A model generated the notes under the pieces. It was not told the origin of the DNA and did not search any database. It was given only the letters and a program-made list of their open reading frames with translations. From positions 1-64,000 of the forward strand of contig CAWBMV010000012.1 of the NCBI GenBank assembly GCA_963789955.1: a DNA stretch of 64,000 nt, given 5' to 3'. Positions 42,576 through 54,144 of the stretch are shown here, one piece after another; position 1 is the stretch's first letter; each line of letters begins with the position of its first letter. The stretch comes from an uncultured Candidatus Rokubacteria bacterium (lineage in GTDB: Bacteria > Methylomirabilota > Methylomirabilia > Rokubacteriales > CSP1-6). A program made the translations under genes and the position numbers.

Positions 42576-44051
42576 CTATCTCCACTGGAACGCGGGCCCG
42601 GCCAGCGCCAGCGCCACGCGCTCGTCGCGCGCGATCGACGTGTCGGCCAGCATGGCCGACAGCGGCGCACCCGGCGGGCACGTCCACCACGTCGAGCAGC
42701 GAGCGCGGGTCGACGGCCGCGCAGCACGGCAGCCGCGCGATCGTCCGCGACAGCTCGCCGCGGTTGAGCAGCGAATCCGGGTCGGCCCACTCCTGCATCG
42801 TGTCGCCGTAGCCCTTCGGCGCCGGCGGCGACCACAGCGGCTGGCGCAGCTGCCGCAGCAGCGGCCCGACGTTCTCGCGCACCTCGGTGGCGCCCAGCGC
42901 GCGCAGCACGGCCACCAGCCAGTCCTGCGGCGCGCGGAACTTGCGCCGGTCTTCCTGCCAGGCCTCGGGCAGATCGATCGAGCGCGTCGGCCACGGCCTT
43001 GCAGGTCGCCGTCGCGTCGATCGGAACACGCCGCGCCACGCGCGTCCACGGCCGCCGCCGGCGGCGTCGTCGCTCACGAAGTGCGTCACCAGCTTCCGCG
43101 CGACGAACTGCGCCGTGGACGGATGCGCGCACAGCGCCTTGATGGCGCGCTCGCCTTCCGCCACGCCGGCCTCGCCGTAGCGTCGTGCCCGAGCAGCGTC
43201 TTGGTCGCCCGGCTCGTGCAGCACCTCGCGAAAGACGAACCGGATGGGCACCGTCGGCCGCCGGCGCGTCCACCGCCCGCGACCCCGCGTCCCCGGCGGC
43301 CTGGCGCCCGCCGGCCGCACCTGCGCCGCCGAGGCCGTCGATCGTCCAGCCGGTCAGCATGCGCGCCAGCTCCTGCACGTCCTGCTGCGTGTAGCCGCCG
43401 TTCACGCCGAGCGTGTGCAGCTCCAGCAGCTCGCGCGCGTAGTTCTCGTTCAGGCCGCGGCGCGGCGCTGCGCCGGTCGCCTGGCTGTCGCGCGCCGCGC
43501 ACGGCCCGCGCGCCGCCGCGCCGAGCCGCGCGCCCTGCGACGCGGGGCCAATCGACTGGAAGTTGTCGAGGTAGGCCAGCATCGCCGGATGCCGGGCCGA
43601 CGCCAGCACCATGTCCTCGAAGCGTCCGAGCACGTGCGGACGGATGACCTCGCGCTCGTAGCTGCCCGCCAGCGGCGCCACCAGCACCTTGCCGCCCATC
43701 GACACGCACAGGTGGTTCGACCAGAAGGCGACGAGCCGCTCGACGAACGGGACGCTCGGAGGTGACGCGTGCCGTCAGCGCGTGCCGCAGTTCGGCGGCG
43801 CCAATCTCCACCAGGCGGCGCCGCGCCTGCCGGCGCTGCTTCGTCGTCGCCGCGCCCCAGCTGGCGCAGGCCTCGCACGGCATCGCCGATGGTCTCGGGC
43901 GTCGGCGCCCGGCTGGCGGCGGCCAGCCGTGGCGCACCGCCGCGCAACTGCGCGCGCAGCCAGCCGCGTGGATCGGACAGGCGGCGCGCGCTCGCCCACG
44001 CGGGCCCCCAGGCCGAAACCGGTTCAGGGCACGAAGCGCAGCGTCCATCAC
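42576..44051 (-). CDS. DUF1800 family protein
   Basis: ERLVAFWSNH, HPAMLAYLDN, GLNENYARELLELHTLG..GGYTQQDV, ARMLTGW, HPSTAQFVARKL. Confidence 0.9.
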
Positions 44052-44120
44052 CTACTACCGCCATACCCCTTTGACGGTGGCGGCGGGCGCGCCGTTGCCC
44101 GGCGCGCCAAACCGGAAGCT

Positions 44121-46418
44121 CTACAGCCGAGCGGTCGTGTTTCCGCGGCCGGCAGCTTGCTCTCGATCCAGCCCCGCAGCACCTCGAAGATTTCCTTGCG
44201 GTTGGTCTCGACCATCGCGAAGTGGCCGTTGCCGGTGATGCCGCGGTCCTTCAGCGCCAGGTACTCGGCCGCCGCGCCCGACTGCTTCAGCGCCGGCAGC
44301 AACTGCCGGCCGAACGCGAAGCCGGAGTTCTCCGCCTCGAAGTAGAGGATCGGGATGCCCTTCAGGTTCGGCAGCGGCTGCGCCGCGCCGCCCTGTCCGA
44401 CCAGCGGGGCCGGCGCGCCTTCGAAGCGACACGACGGCCTTCACCAGGTTGGGCCGCTCGTCGGCCGTCAGCCACCCGAACGGGCCGCCGGCCGAGTGCG
44501 TCTGGATGATGGCCGGGCCGATCTTGTCGAGGAGCATCGCGCCGCGGCTGCGCCACAGCTCGCATCATCGCCTGGTTGTTGGTGGGCGCCGCGTTCGGAC
44601 GACGCCATCCACTGATCGAGCAGCGGATCGCCCGACCAGCCCCGTGCCCATCCACCGCCGCGGCGTGCCGGTGGCCGCGCGCACGCAGCTGCGCGCGAGA
44701 CGAAGTCGTAGGTGGGCATCGCCGCCGACCGGTTCCGGTCGTGTCCGGGTGATTCGGCACGCGGCCGTGGCCCGGGCGATCCACCAGGTACACCTGGTAG
44801 CCGGCCTGCACGTAGTAGTGCGCCCAGCTGGCGTTGCCGTCGAGGCCCATGTAGTCGGTGCTCTGACCGCCGCCGCCGTGCACGAGCACGATCGGGCAGC
44901 GGCTGGCGGATCTGCTCGGGGATCAGGTACTGGACGTACATCTGCCCCGACACGATGGTGCCGTAGTCCATCTTCTTGGGCTCGGCGCCCACCCAGAAGT
45001 AGCCCATGTCGGCCAGGCGCATCGCCGTGGAGTCGGTGCCGCGCTTCTTGTAGGCCGGCGCGCTGCCGGTGACGTTCTTGTCCAGCCAGTTGAGGATCGG
45101 CTGCAGCACCTCGCGGTTGTTCTTCTCCACCATCATCATGTGGCTGTTGCCGCGCAGGCCGGCGTCGCGCTCGATGCGCAGCTCTTCGGCCTTCACGCCC
45201 GCCTGCTTCAGGAACGCCACCTGGCCGGGATTGCCCGGCGCGGCGTTGGACGCGGGTGCCGTGACGGTCAGCACGAGCGGTGTTCTTCAGGTTCGGAAGC
45301 TTCCGCGCGGGCTCGACCTGCAGGAAGTAGCCGTCCACGTCCGGCTCGGGGTTCTCGACCCGCACCACCTTGATCTCCGACGGATCCTTGACCGGCGGAT
45401 CGTAGGTGACGGGAATCGTCGACAGGCCCCAGCGGTTGCCGCCGGCGAACGCCGTGCCTGCGCCCTCGATGATCACCGTCGCCTTCACGAGATTCGGACG
45501 CGCCTCGGCCACCAGCAGCCCGAACGGGCCGCCGGCCGAGTGCGTCATGATGATCGCCGGGCCGATCTTGTCCAGCAGTTCCGCGCCCGCTTCACGCCAC
45601 GCGGCGTGCGCCAGGTTGGGCGCGCCGGCCGGCTGCTGATTGGCCGGCACCGGTGGGCCTGCCGGCGCGCGCGCCAGGCCCACCCTGCGGCCCGCGGCGA
45701 CCGCCCTGCGCCGGTGCGCCACCGGGCTGTTGCTGCTGCACGTAGCTGCCGCCCTGCGACGCGAGGAACGCGGCGACGTCCGGCGCCGCCGATCGCGCCA
45801 GGGCCCGGCCACTGCGTGTGGTTGCGGCGGAACTTGTCGGTGTTGCCCGGCGCCGGCGGGATGAAGTTGCCCTGCAGCCCCTCCATCGTGCCCGCGCGCG
45901 CCGGGAAGCCGCCGTGGACGTACGGATGCAACGGCGAGCGTCCGTGTCCCGGCCGATCGACGACGTAGACGCGGTAGCCCTCAGCCGCCAGATACTGGAA
46001 CCAGCCGGGCCGGCCATCGGGCGTGCCCATCCAGTCCAGCCCCTGTCCCGCCGCCGCCGTGCACGAGCACGATCGGGAACGGCTTGCGCACGCGCGACGG
46101 CACCATGTACTCGACGTACATCTGCTGGCCGCCGACGAAGCTGCCCAGCGCCGTGTCGGCGCGCTTCACGTTCACCCACATGTAGCTCCACTCGGACAGG
46201 TCGAGCGCCAGCTTCTGCGCGGCGGGACCGCCCGGCCGCCTGCGCGGCCAGCCGCGGCGGCCGCGGCCTCGTTGCCGGCCAGCGCGCCGAGCGCGGACGC
46301 CGCCGACCCGGCGATGCCCAGCGCCGTGGCGTCGCCTCATGAAATCGCGTCGCGACACGCCGCCGCTGGCGTAGCGGCGATACAGATTCAACACCTGGTC
46401 GTTGTGGGTTCTGCTCAT
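44121..46418 (-). CDS. Tat-exported protein with two tandem alpha/beta-hydrolase domains
   Basis: SRRDF signal; twice QMYV.Y..P, VHGGG, DRPGHGR, THSAGGPFG and GN.H. Confidence 0.82.
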
Positions 46419-46469
46419 GGTCGAGAAGCATACCCCGGAGAATCAAGACCGGCTACGGCCCGGCCGATT

Positions 46470-49400
46470 ATGCGCAGCATGGACCGCGCGTTCGAGCCGC
46501 CGGGGGCTGGCGATGCATACGGCCGCCCGGATCGCCTCACGATGACGACGGGGCCCAGCGCCCGGCGGCTGCCGCCGAAGGCCGTGGCCGCCGGCCTGTG
46601 CGTGGCCGCCCTGACGGTCGTCTTGTGGGATGGAGTGCGCACGCAGCAACAGGCAGCGCTGGCCGCGGACACGCACCAGCGGGCCTCGAGCGCGGTCCAG
46701 GCCAACGTGCTGCAAATGAACGACCTGGTGCTGGCACTGGCCCGCTTGCACGATCGCTGGACGTCGGCCTGCGCCGTCGCATCCGCCTGCCGGCGTGATC
46801 TCACGACTTATCTGCGCGATTTCCCCGCCATACAGCGCCTGGGCTGGGTGGCGGCCGACGGGACCGCGGTCGCATTCAGGCCGGCCGCGAACCCGGTGGA
46901 CGGAGTCGAAGAGGACCCAGACGTAGCCCAACTGACGCAAGCCGCGAGCACCCATCGCGGCGGCGCCAGACTGTCGTGGACCGGCGATGCACGGCGGCTC
47001 GCGCTGGCCGTGACCACCGAGCGTCAGGCGCCGACGCTGGTGGCGATCGTCGACATGCAGCGGCTCTTCGACGCCACGGTACGAGATCCCAACGAGCGCA
47101 TGGAGCTCTTTGTCGGCGAGCGCCGCGCCGCCCTCTCTGGCGCAGGGCTGCCCACGCCGCCGGTCGAAGGCGTGGCCACCGAAAGCATCGACCTGCTGGG
47201 ACAGCGTTGGACGATCGCGGTCGCGCGGCGGACGCTTCCCGCCGGATGGCCGGTGGTGGACCTGCTGCTCGTCGGGGGGCTGCTGATCGCGATGTTCGTC
47301 GGCACGTCGCTCTACCTCTGGCAATCGAGCCAGGAGTTCGCGCGCCAGGTGGTGGTCCTGAACTCCCAGATCGAAGCGCGAGCCGAGGCGCGGCGGCGCG
47401 ATCAGGATGCGCAGCTGCGCCAGATCGTCGACAGCGTCAGGCTGGCGCCTTGGACCGTGGAACTCGCCACTGGAGCGCTGCAGGGACACGGCGAGCTGAA
47501 GCGCCTGTTCGGGCTGACGGACCTGGGCCAGCTCGAGACCGTCGCCGACATGATCGCGCGGGTGCACCCCGACGATCGGGACACGCTGCAGCAGGCGGCG
47601 GCCGGGGCCGTCGCCGATCGATCCGGGTACTCAGTCGAGTTCCGCGCCGTCTGGCCCGACGGCTCCACGCATTGGCTGCTGGGCCGCGCCCAGGTGTCTT
47701 GCAACGCCGAGGGCGTCCCAACCCACCTGCGCGGCATCAACGTGGACATTTCCGCCCGGAAAGAAGCCGAGTCCGCGCTGCTCGAGTCGCGGCGGCGGTT
47801 CACCGAGAGTCTCGAGGCCCGCGTCGAACAGCGGACCGCGGAACTGGTGCGCGCCAACCAGGAACTGGACCAGATACAGGCGCGCCTCCAGGGCGTGCTC
47901 GACGCGGCAACCCAGGTCTCGATCATCTCGGCCGACAACGACGGCGTGATCCGCCTGTTCAATCGTGGTGCCGAGCGCATGCTCGGCTACACCGCCGAGG
48001 AGATGATCGGCAAGGCGCAGCCACAGGTCATCCACCTGGCGTCGGAGGTCCAGGCGCGGGCGGCTGCGCTCTCGAAGGAGTTTGGCCGCCGCATCGAGGG
48101 TTTCGACGTGTTCGTCGAGTACGCGAAGCAAGGCCGCTTCGATCAGCGCGACTGGACCTACGTCCGAAAGGACGGCACCACGCTGGACGTCCAGCTGGTG
48201 GTCACAGCGGTCCACAACCGCGAGGGCGCGCTGCTGGGATCCCTGGGCATCGCGGTGGACGTGACCGAACAGCGGCGCCTGGAACATGAACTGAACCGCA
48301 ACCTGGAGCAGCTGCGCGATCAGACGCTGCACGCGCAGGAAGCGAACCGGGCCAAGAGCCAGTTCCTCGCGGCGATGAGCCACGAGATTCGCACGCCCAT
48401 GAACGCCATCCTGGCGATGGCGGATTTGCTCAGCGAGTCGCCCCTGAGCGAGGAACAGCGCGAGTACGTGGGACTCTTCCGCGACGCCGGCAGCACGCTG
48501 ATGACGCTCATCAACGATCTGCTGGACCTGTCGAAGATCGAGTCGGGACGGTTCGAGCTGGAACACGCGGACTTCCGCCTCGACCAGCTGCTGGAGCGCT
48601 GCATCGCGCTGGTGGAACCGAAGGCCAAGGCCAAAGGCCTGGGGATCGTTCTGAAGCGCTCCACGGACCTGCCCACTGACCTGGTCGGCGACCCGACCCG
48701 GATCAACCAGGTGCTGCTCAACCTGTTGAGCAACGCGATCAAGTTCACCGATCGGGGGCAGGTGTCGCTGGAGGCCACGACACCCGAGGGTGCCGCGACG
48801 GGGGAGGTGATGTTTGCCGTGTCCGACACGGGCATCGGCATCCCTGAAGACAAGTTCGCGACCATCTTCGAGGACTTCCGCCAGGCCGACTCCTCTACGA
48901 CCCGCCACTACGGCGGCACGGGTCTCGGCCTGGCGATCAGCCGGCGCATCGTGGACCGGTTGGGCGGACGGCTCGAAGTCGCCAGCACTGTCGGGCACGG
49001 CAGCACCTTCAGCTTCCGGGTCACGTTCCAGATCGGCCAGCCCACGCCCGCGCCGCAGCCGAGCGCGGAGACGTCGCTGAGCCTGCCGGACGAAGCCCCG
49101 CACGCGCCGCTGCGCATCCTGGTTGCCGACGACGTGGAAACCAACCGATCAGTGGTGCGGGCGTTCCTGAAAGCGACCCCGCACGAGCTCGTGTTCGTCG
49201 AAAACGGCCTCGCGGCGGTGGAGCACATGGCGCAAGGGGCGTTCGACGTGGTGCTGATGGACGTCCACATGCCGGTGATGGACGGCTTGGCGGCGACTCG
49301 CACCATCCGTCAGCTCGAGCGCGAGCAACAGCGGACGCGCGCCTTCATCCTGGCACTCACGGCCAGCGCCACCACCGAGGACGCGCGGGCTGCCCGCGAG

Positions 49401-49505
49401 GCCGGCTGCGACGGGCACCTCACCAAGCCGGTCTCGAAGCAGCGGCTGCTCGACGCGCTGGCGGCCGCGCCGTCGTGTCAGGAAGCGGCCGGCGTGGCGT
49501 CCTAG
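46470..49505 (+). CDS. hybrid sensor histidine kinase/response regulator with two PAS domains
   Basis: two TMs, PAS (VHPDDR; FNRGAERMLGY), MSHEIRTPMN, NAIKFT, DTGIGI, GGTGLGL, receiver VLMDVHMP; start 46470-46541. Confidence 0.93.
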   Translation: MRSMDRAFEPPGAGDAYGRPDRLTMTTGPSARRLPPKAVAAGLCVAALTVVLWDGVRTQQQAALAADTHQRASSAVQANVLQMNDLVLALARLHDRWTSACAVASACRRDLTTYLRDFPAIQRLGWVAADGTAVAFRPAANPVDGVEEDPDVAQLTQAASTHRGGARLSWTGDARRLALAVTTERQAPTLVAIVDMQRLFDATVRDPNERMELFVGERRAALSGAGLPTPPVEGVATESIDLLGQRWTIAVARRTLPAGWPVVDLLLVGGLLIAMFVGTSLYLWQSSQEFARQVVVLNSQIEARAEARRRDQDAQLRQIVDSVRLAPWTVELATGALQGHGELKRLFGLTDLGQLETVADMIARVHPDDRDTLQQAAAGAVADRSGYSVEFRAVWPDGSTHWLLGRAQVSCNAEGVPTHLRGINVDISARKEAESALLESRRRFTESLEARVEQRTAELVRANQELDQIQARLQGVLDAATQVSIISADNDGVIRLFNRGAERMLGYTAEEMIGKAQPQVIHLASEVQARAAALSKEFGRRIEGFDVFVEYAKQGRFDQRDWTYVRKDGTTLDVQLVVTAVHNREGALLGSLGIAVDVTEQRRLEHELNRNLEQLRDQTLHAQEANRAKSQFLAAMSHEIRTPMNAILAMADLLSESPLSEEQREYVGLFRDAGSTLMTLINDLLDLSKIESGRFELEHADFRLDQLLERCIALVEPKAKAKGLGIVLKRSTDLPTDLVGDPTRINQVLLNLLSNAIKFTDRGQVSLEATTPEGAATGEVMFAVSDTGIGIPEDKFATIFEDFRQADSSTTRHYGGTGLGLAISRRIVDRLGGRLEVASTVGHGSTFSFRVTFQIGQPTPAPQPSAETSLSLPDEAPHAPLRILVADDVETNRSVVRAFLKATPHELVFVENGLAAVEHMAQGAFDVVLMDVHMPVMDGLAATRTIRQLEREQQRTRAFILALTASATTEDARAAREAGCDGHLTKPVSKQRLLDALAAAPSCQEAAGVAS

Positions 49506-49807
49506 CCGCCCGCCAGCGCCCCCACCACCAGAAGCGGCTCGGCGCCGTTCGCCACCCGGTCCGGCAGCACGAAATCGGCGGGCTCGAGCGACAGGTCTTC
49601 CTGGCAGGCGAAGAAGCGCAGGAACGCGCGCCGCTTCAGCGTGTCGTGGTCGCGGATGGTGCCGAGCAGCACCGGATACCGGCGCTCCACCGCGTCCAGC
49701 ACCGACCCAACCGTGACCGCGCCCTCGACCTCCACGGAGATCTCGCCCGGCACGCGCGCCAGCGTGCGCAGGTGGAACGGCAGCTCGACACGCACCTGAT
49801 GGGTCAC
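49502..49807 (-). CDS. MoaD/ThiS ubiquitin-like protein
   Basis: beta-grasp pattern VRVELP..LR..., C-terminal ALAGG. Confidence 0.85.
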   Translation of the reverse strand: MTHQVRVELPFHLRTLARVPGEISVEVEGAVTVGSVLDAVERRYPVLLGTIRDHDTLKRRAFLRFFACQEDLSLEPADFVLPDRVANGAEPLLVVGALAGG

Positions 49808-50919
49808 GGCAGTGTCTGCACCTCGACCGAGAGCACCGCCGGCAGCGTGCTGACAATGGGTGCCCACGTGTCGCCCGCGTCGGACGAGGCAAAGACCTGG
49901 CCGCCGGTCGTGCCGAAGTAGACGCCGCACGCGTCCAGCGTGTCCACGGCCATCGCGTCGCGCAGCACGTTCACGTAACAGTCCTTCTGCGGCAGCCCCT
50001 TGGTCAACGGCTCCCACTCCTCGCCGCCGGAGCGGCTGCGGAACACCTTCAGCTGGCCGTCGAGCGGAAAGTGCTCGGAGTCGCTCTTGATCGGCACCAC
50101 GTAGATGGTCTCAGGCTCGTGCGCGTGCACGTCAATCACGAAGCCGAAGTCGGTCGGCAGGTTGCCGCTGACCTCGCGCCAGTTGTCGCCTGAGTCGTCG
50201 GTCCGCAGCACGTCCCAGTGCTTCTGCATGAAGAGCACGTTGGGCCGCGACGGGTGCATCGCGATGCGGTGCACGCAGTGGCCGACCTCCGCTTCCGGAT
50301 CCGGGATGTACTGCGACCGCAGGCCGCGGTTGATCGCCTTCCACGACGCGCCGCCGTCCTCGCTGCGGAATGCACCGGCCGCGGAGATGGCGATGAACAT
50401 CCGCTTGGTGTTGCTGGGATCCAGGATGATCGTGTGCAGGCCCAGGCCACCGGCGCCGGGCGCCCACGTGGACCCCGAGCCGTGCTCTCGCAGTCCCTTC
50501 AGCTCCTGCCAGTTCTGGCCGCCGTCGGTGGACTGGAACAGCGCCGCGTCCTCCACGCCCGCATACACCACGTCCGGATCGGTGAGCGACGGCTCCACGT
50601 GCCACACCCGTTTGAACTCCCAGGGATGCGGCGTGCCGTCGTACCACTGGTGCGTGCCGGGCACGCCTTCATAGGCGAACTTGTTGCCCACCGGCTCCCA
50701 CGTGGCGCCGCCGTCGTTCGACCGCTGCATCACCTGGCCGAACCAGCCGCTGGTCTGGGACGCGTAGATGCGATTGGGGTCCGCAGGCGAACCCTTGAGG
50801 TGGTACATCTCCCAGCCGGCGAAGAAGGGTCCGCTGACGTCCCAGTTCTTCCGCGCGCCGTCGGACGTCAATACGAACGCGCCCTTCTTGGTCCCGACCA
50901 GTACCCGTACGCGGCTCAT
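49804..50919 (-). CDS. BNR/Asp-box repeat beta-propeller protein
   Basis: [10 protein letters not shown], repeated S.DGG.TW/S.D.G..W Asp boxes; no signal peptide; GTGA coupling to the ThiS gene. Confidence 0.85.
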   Translation of the reverse strand: MSRVRVLVGTKKGAFVLTSDGARKNWDVSGPFFAGWEMYHLKGSPADPNRIYASQTSGWFGQVMQRSNDGGATWEPVGNKFAYEGVPGTHQWYDGTPHPWEFKRVWHVEPSLTDPDVVYAGVEDAALFQSTDGGQNWQELKGLREHGSGSTWAPGAGGLGLHTIILDPSNTKRMFIAISAAGAFRSEDGGASWKAINRGLRSQYIPDPEAEVGHCVHRIAMHPSRPNVLFMQKHWDVLRTDDSGDNWREVSGNLPTDFGFVIDVHAHEPETIYVVPIKSDSEHFPLDGQLKVFRSRSGGEEWEPLTKGLPQKDCYVNVLRDAMAVDTLDACGVYFGTTGGQVFASSDAGDTWAPIVSTLPAVLSVEVQTLP

Positions 50920-50979
50920 GTGTTGCCCTCCTCGCAAAGTGAAGTCGGTATTTTACTGAAGGGCGGTAATATTCGCGCG

Positions 50980-51569
<590 letters not shown>

Positions 51570-51583
51570 CCGAGCCGGCGCGC

Positions 51584-51611
51584 AATTCAGAATGCAGAAT
51601 TCAGAATTCAG
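51584..51611. repeat. heptamer tandem repeat (AATKCAG x4)
   Basis: aattcag aatgcag aattcag aattcag. Confidence 0.8.
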
Positions 51612-52443
51612 AAACGTCTTGGCCGCAGGAATCGCGCTGCTCGCGTTGGCGCAATCGCCAGTGCTTGCCCAATGGCTCGCGCATCCGGAGCGGAACGCGC
51701 CGCGGCGTGTCGACGGCACGGTCAACCTGGACGCTCCCACGCCGCGCACGGCGGATGGCAAGCCCGACTTCACCGGCGTGTGGGTGAACGCGTGGTTCGT
51801 CAGCGGACGGGTGCTTCCGCTGCCGGTCTCCCCCGCCGGCGAGCCTCCGGCGGCCACGTTCGGGGACGTATTCGCGAACTTTCAACAGCCTTTGCCGTTG
51901 CAACCGTGGGCGGCCCAGCTCAAGGCCGCACGCAAGGAGCAGCACAGCAAGGAAAACCCGGACGCGCATTGCCTGCCGATGGGCCTCATCCAGTTCCACA
52001 TGCACCCGCAGCCGCGCAAGGTGCTGCAGACGCCCGATGTGCTGGTGATCCTGTATGAAGGCAATGCCGGCATCCGCCAGATCTTCACGGACGGACGCGC
52101 GCTGCCGCCCGCCGACGCGCAGCCCTGGTGGTACGGCTACTCCGTCGGCCGCTGGGACGGCGACACCTTCGTGGTGGAGACGAGCAACTTCAGGGATGGT
52201 GGCTGGCTCGACATCGACGGCAGCCCGCTGACCGACGCCGCCACGATGACCGAGCGCTGGCGGCGCCTGAACTACGGCACCATCCAGATCGACGTCACGA
52301 TCGACGACCCCAAGGCCTACACGCGGCCATTCTCACTGCGCGTCCACCATCGCCTGATGGTGGACAACGCCTTCGACGCGGACCTGATCGAGTTCGTGTG
52401 CCAGGAGAACAACAAGGCGCCGCAGCTGATGGTCGGCAAGTAG
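51592..52443 (+). CDS. secreted uncharacterised two-Cys family protein, paralogue E
   Basis: signal peptide, GKPDFTGVW, HCLPMG, RQIFTDGR, GYSVGRWDGDTFVVET, TERW, DDPKAYTRPF, EFVCQENN. Confidence 0.82.
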   Translation: MQNSEFRNVLAAGIALLALAQSPVLAQWLAHPERNAPRRVDGTVNLDAPTPRTADGKPDFTGVWVNAWFVSGRVLPLPVSPAGEPPAATFGDVFANFQQPLPLQPWAAQLKAARKEQHSKENPDAHCLPMGLIQFHMHPQPRKVLQTPDVLVILYEGNAGIRQIFTDGRALPPADAQPWWYGYSVGRWDGDTFVVETSNFRDGGWLDIDGSPLTDAATMTERWRRLNYGTIQIDVTIDDPKAYTRPFSLRVHHRLMVDNAFDADLIEFVCQENNKAPQLMVGK

Positions 52444-52452
52444 GCGCCGCGT

Positions 52453-54144
52453 CTAGGAGGCGCTCAACGCGCGGGCGGCCTCGCTGACCACCAGCCCGAC
52501 GACGACCACCACCACGGCACCGATCACGTTGTGCCAGAGGAAGGCCACGGGGGTGAACGCGGCGGTGGCGGCGACAGCGGCCATTCCGGCAACGAGCCCG
52601 ACGCAGGCGCCGTTCCCTGTCGCCCGCGGGAACCCGATCGCCAGGATGAAGACGCCGAGCAGCGATCCGTAGAAGAACGAGCCGATCCGGTTCACCACCT
52701 CGATCAACGAGCCGAGCTCGGCCGCCCACACGGCCACTCCGCACGCGAACACGCCCCATACCGCCGTGGCGGCCTTCGACACCGCGAGGTAGTGCGCGTC
52801 GGTGGCCGAGGGCCTGGCCCAGCGGCGGTAGAAGTCGATCACTGTGGCCGTGGAGAGCGAGTTCAGCTCGCCGGCGATCGTGTCGGTGGCCGCGAGCAGG
52901 ATCGCCAGAATCAACAGCCCGACGAGGCCGACCGGCAGCTGCTGCAGGATGAACGTCGGGATGACGTAGTTGACGTCGTCGAACGCGGCGTCGCCGGTCG
53001 ACGACCGCACCAGTTCCCGGGCACGACGCCGAACCTGATCCAGCGCGGCACTTTCCGTGCGCACCCGGTCGCGCGCGGCCGCCTCCACCGTCGTGTCCGT
53101 TGCCTTCCGCGCGCGCGCCAGCTCGGTGGCGGCGTCGCGGCGGCGGCCGATCGCGGCTGCGTGCTCCTGTTCGAGCCCCGCGTAGGCCGCGCGCGCGTCG
53201 CCGTCCAGGCGCTCGATGGCGGTACTGCTGAAGATCAGCGGTGGCGGGTTGAACACGTAGAACACGAACACCAGCACGCCCAGCACCAGCACCAGCGCCT
53301 GCAGCGGGATCTTCCAGTAGCCGCTCATCAGCAGCGAGCGCCGGGCCTCGTCGGCGGACTTGGCCGTGAGATAGCGCTGCACCTGGCTCTGATCGGTGCC
53401 GAAGTACGAGCAGAACAGGAAGAACGCGGCGATGGTGCCGGACCAGAAGGTGTACTGGTTCGTCAGATCGAAGCTGAAGTCGAAGGTGCGCAGCCGGCCG
53501 GTGGCGGCGGCGATGCTGAACCCGTCCGCCAGGCCGACTCCGTCGGGAAAGCCGGCCACGGCGGCGGCAATGACGGCGAACAGCCCGAACACGATCAGGC
53601 CCATGATCTTCACGTCGGTCCAGGTGACCGCCTGCACCCCGCCGAACATCGTGTACAGGACCGCCGGGGCGGCGATGAGAAGCGCGGTGGATGTGACGTC
53701 GAGCCCGAGCACGAGTGACAGCACCACGGCCGGGGCCGCCACGACGGCCCCGCACGACATGCCTCGCGACAGGAGGAACAGCAGGCTGGTGAACGCCCGC
53801 GTCTTGGCGTCGAAGCGCCGCTCCAGGTACTCGTACGCGGTGTAGACGCCGGAGTTGTAGAAGAACGGCACCAGCGTGATCGACAGCACCACCATCGCCA
53901 GCGGCAGGCCGAAGTAGAACTGGATGAAGCGCAGCCCGTCGTTGTAGCCCTGCCCGGTGGTGCCGATCATCGTGATGGCGCTGAGCTGCGTGGCCATCAC
54001 GGAGATCCCGGCGGCCCACCAGGGGATGCTGCGCTTGGCCAGGAAGTAGCCGTCGAGTTCCTGGCTGTCCTTCGTGCGCCTCAGGCCGTCATAAACGATC
54101 CACGTCATGAAGCCGACGAGGACGCACCAGTCGATCCAGTGCAT
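52453..54144 (-). CDS. sodium:solute symporter
   Basis: MHWIDW, GYFLAKR.IPWWA.G.SVMATQLSA, YEYLERRFD, GTDQSQVQRYL. Confidence 0.92.
   Translation of the reverse strand: MHWIDWCVLVGFMTWIVYDGLRRTKDSQELDGYFLAKRSIPWWAAGISVMATQLSAITMIGTTGQGYNDGLRFIQFYFGLPLAMVVLSITLVPFFYNSGVYTAYEYLERRFDAKTRAFTSLLFLLSRGMSCGAVVAAPAVVLSLVLGLDVTSTALLIAAPAVLYTMFGGVQAVTWTDVKIMGLIVFGLFAVIAAAVAGFPDGVGLADGFSIAAATGRLRTFDFSFDLTNQYTFWSGTIAAFFLFCSYFGTDQSQVQRYLTAKSADEARRSLLMSGYWKIPLQALVLVLGVLVFVFYVFNPPPLIFSSTAIERLDGDARAAYAGLEQEHAAAIGRRRDAATELARARKATDTTVEAAARDRVRTESAALDQVRRRARELVRSSTGDAAFDDVNYVIPTFILQQLPVGLVGLLILAILLAATDTIAGELNSLSTATVIDFYRRWARPSATDAHYLAVSKAATAVWGVFACGVAVWAAELGSLIEVVNRIGSFFYGSLLGVFILAIGFPRATGNGACVGLVAGMAAVAATAAFTPVAFLWHNVIGAVVVVVVGLVVSEAARALSAS

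Noticed and set aside
46023..46469. N-terminal extension of the hybrid kinase
   Set aside because: It overlaps the oppositely oriented hydrolase gene; the plausible start is 46470-46541, just before the first TM
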